Below, in pieces: positions 23,501 through 24,000 of a DNA stretch of 24,000 nucleotides; position 1 is the first letter of the stretch, and each line of letters starts with the position of its first letter. The notes beneath the pieces were generated by a model. The model was not told the DNA's origin and ran no database searches. It saw only the letters and a program-made list of their open reading frames with translations. The stretch is from the NCBI RefSeq assembly GCF_054048065.1, contig NZ_CM132969.1. One strand, 5' to 3'. Made by a program: the position numbers and the translations under genes.

Positions 23501-24000
23501 TTACCACATCAAATCATCAGGCACTTTGAAGTCGGCATACGGGTCGTCTTCATCCTGCTCTTCGGCGCTGAGCGCGCTGTGCAACACTATACTGCTGGCA
23601 TCGCGCTGAGCAATTTTATCGGCAACGCTGGCGGGAATAATGGCGTATTCACCTTCGCTATTGTTATCGACCAACAAGCGGGCAATCGCCAGACGACCAT
23701 TAATCAACTGCGCCTGTGTGAGCTTATCGACAAAAATCTTCTTAATCAGATTGCCGTCAGTGAAGTTAAAACCAATATCGCCATTGGCAATGGTGATTCG
23801 GTTCATTTCAATAAGCTGCTTCACCTGAGCTTTATATTCTTTCGCCAACGCCGCTTGTTTTTGCTGTTCGCTAAGCTGTTTATCACGCTCAAGCTGTGCC
23901 TTTTTATTTTCTTCTACCGCCGCCCGAGCTTCACGCGCCTGAACGCGCGATTTTTTCGCCGTTCTCTCCACCTTCGCCGCTTTTTTGCTGGTGACTAATC
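23501..24000 (-). CDS. yaiL: YaiL, DUF2058-type protein; 5' end truncated by window edge
   Basis: ...LVTSKKAAKVERTAKKSRVQAREARAAVEENKKAQLERDKQLSEQQKQAALAKEYKAQVKQLIEMNRITIANGDIGFNFTDGNLIKKIFVD...; the reading frame continues beyond the ORF-track Met (23971) to 24000. Confidence 0.92.
   Translation of the reverse strand, partial: LVTSKKAAKVERTAKKSRVQAREARAAVEENKKAQLERDKQLSEQQKQAALAKEYKAQVKQLIEMNRITIANGDIGFNFTDGNLIKKIFVDKLTQAQLINGRLAIARLLVDNNSEGEYAIIPASVADKIAQRDASSIVLHSALSAEEQDEDDPYADFKVPDDLMW

Overview
The window matches an Escherichia coli chromosomal segment, running opposite to the usual K-12 orientation: ddlA - yaiZ - yaiY - yaiW - sbmA - ampH - iprA(yaiV) - intact AIDA-type autotransporter (yaiT-like) - hemB - tauDCBA - [IS1] - yaiS - yaiP - yaiX - yaiO - [IS110-family element] - frmRAB - REP array - yaiL (truncated by the window end). 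Two insertions interrupt the backbone. One is a complete 768-bp IS1 with a 9-bp target duplication. The other is an IS110-group element (~19338..20792) between yaiO and frmR. The strongest hidden signal is its ~230-nt 5' non-coding end, which folds into a 5' hairpin plus two larger stem-loop domains, as expected for an IS110 bridge RNA. An 8-nt stretch of loop 1 (GGGGGGTG) is the reverse complement of the sequence next to the right end. A 9-nt stretch of loop 2 (TAATAGGGG) is identical to the element's own right terminus. Other observations: an apparently uninterrupted yaiS-yaiP-yaiX-yaiO cluster resembling an envelope or exopolysaccharide modification locus, a 13-bp perfect inverted repeat just upstream of the probable true iprA start, and a 19-bp-arm inverted repeat at the frm promoter. 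Gene names come from recalled E. coli protein sequences and gene order; no database search was run.
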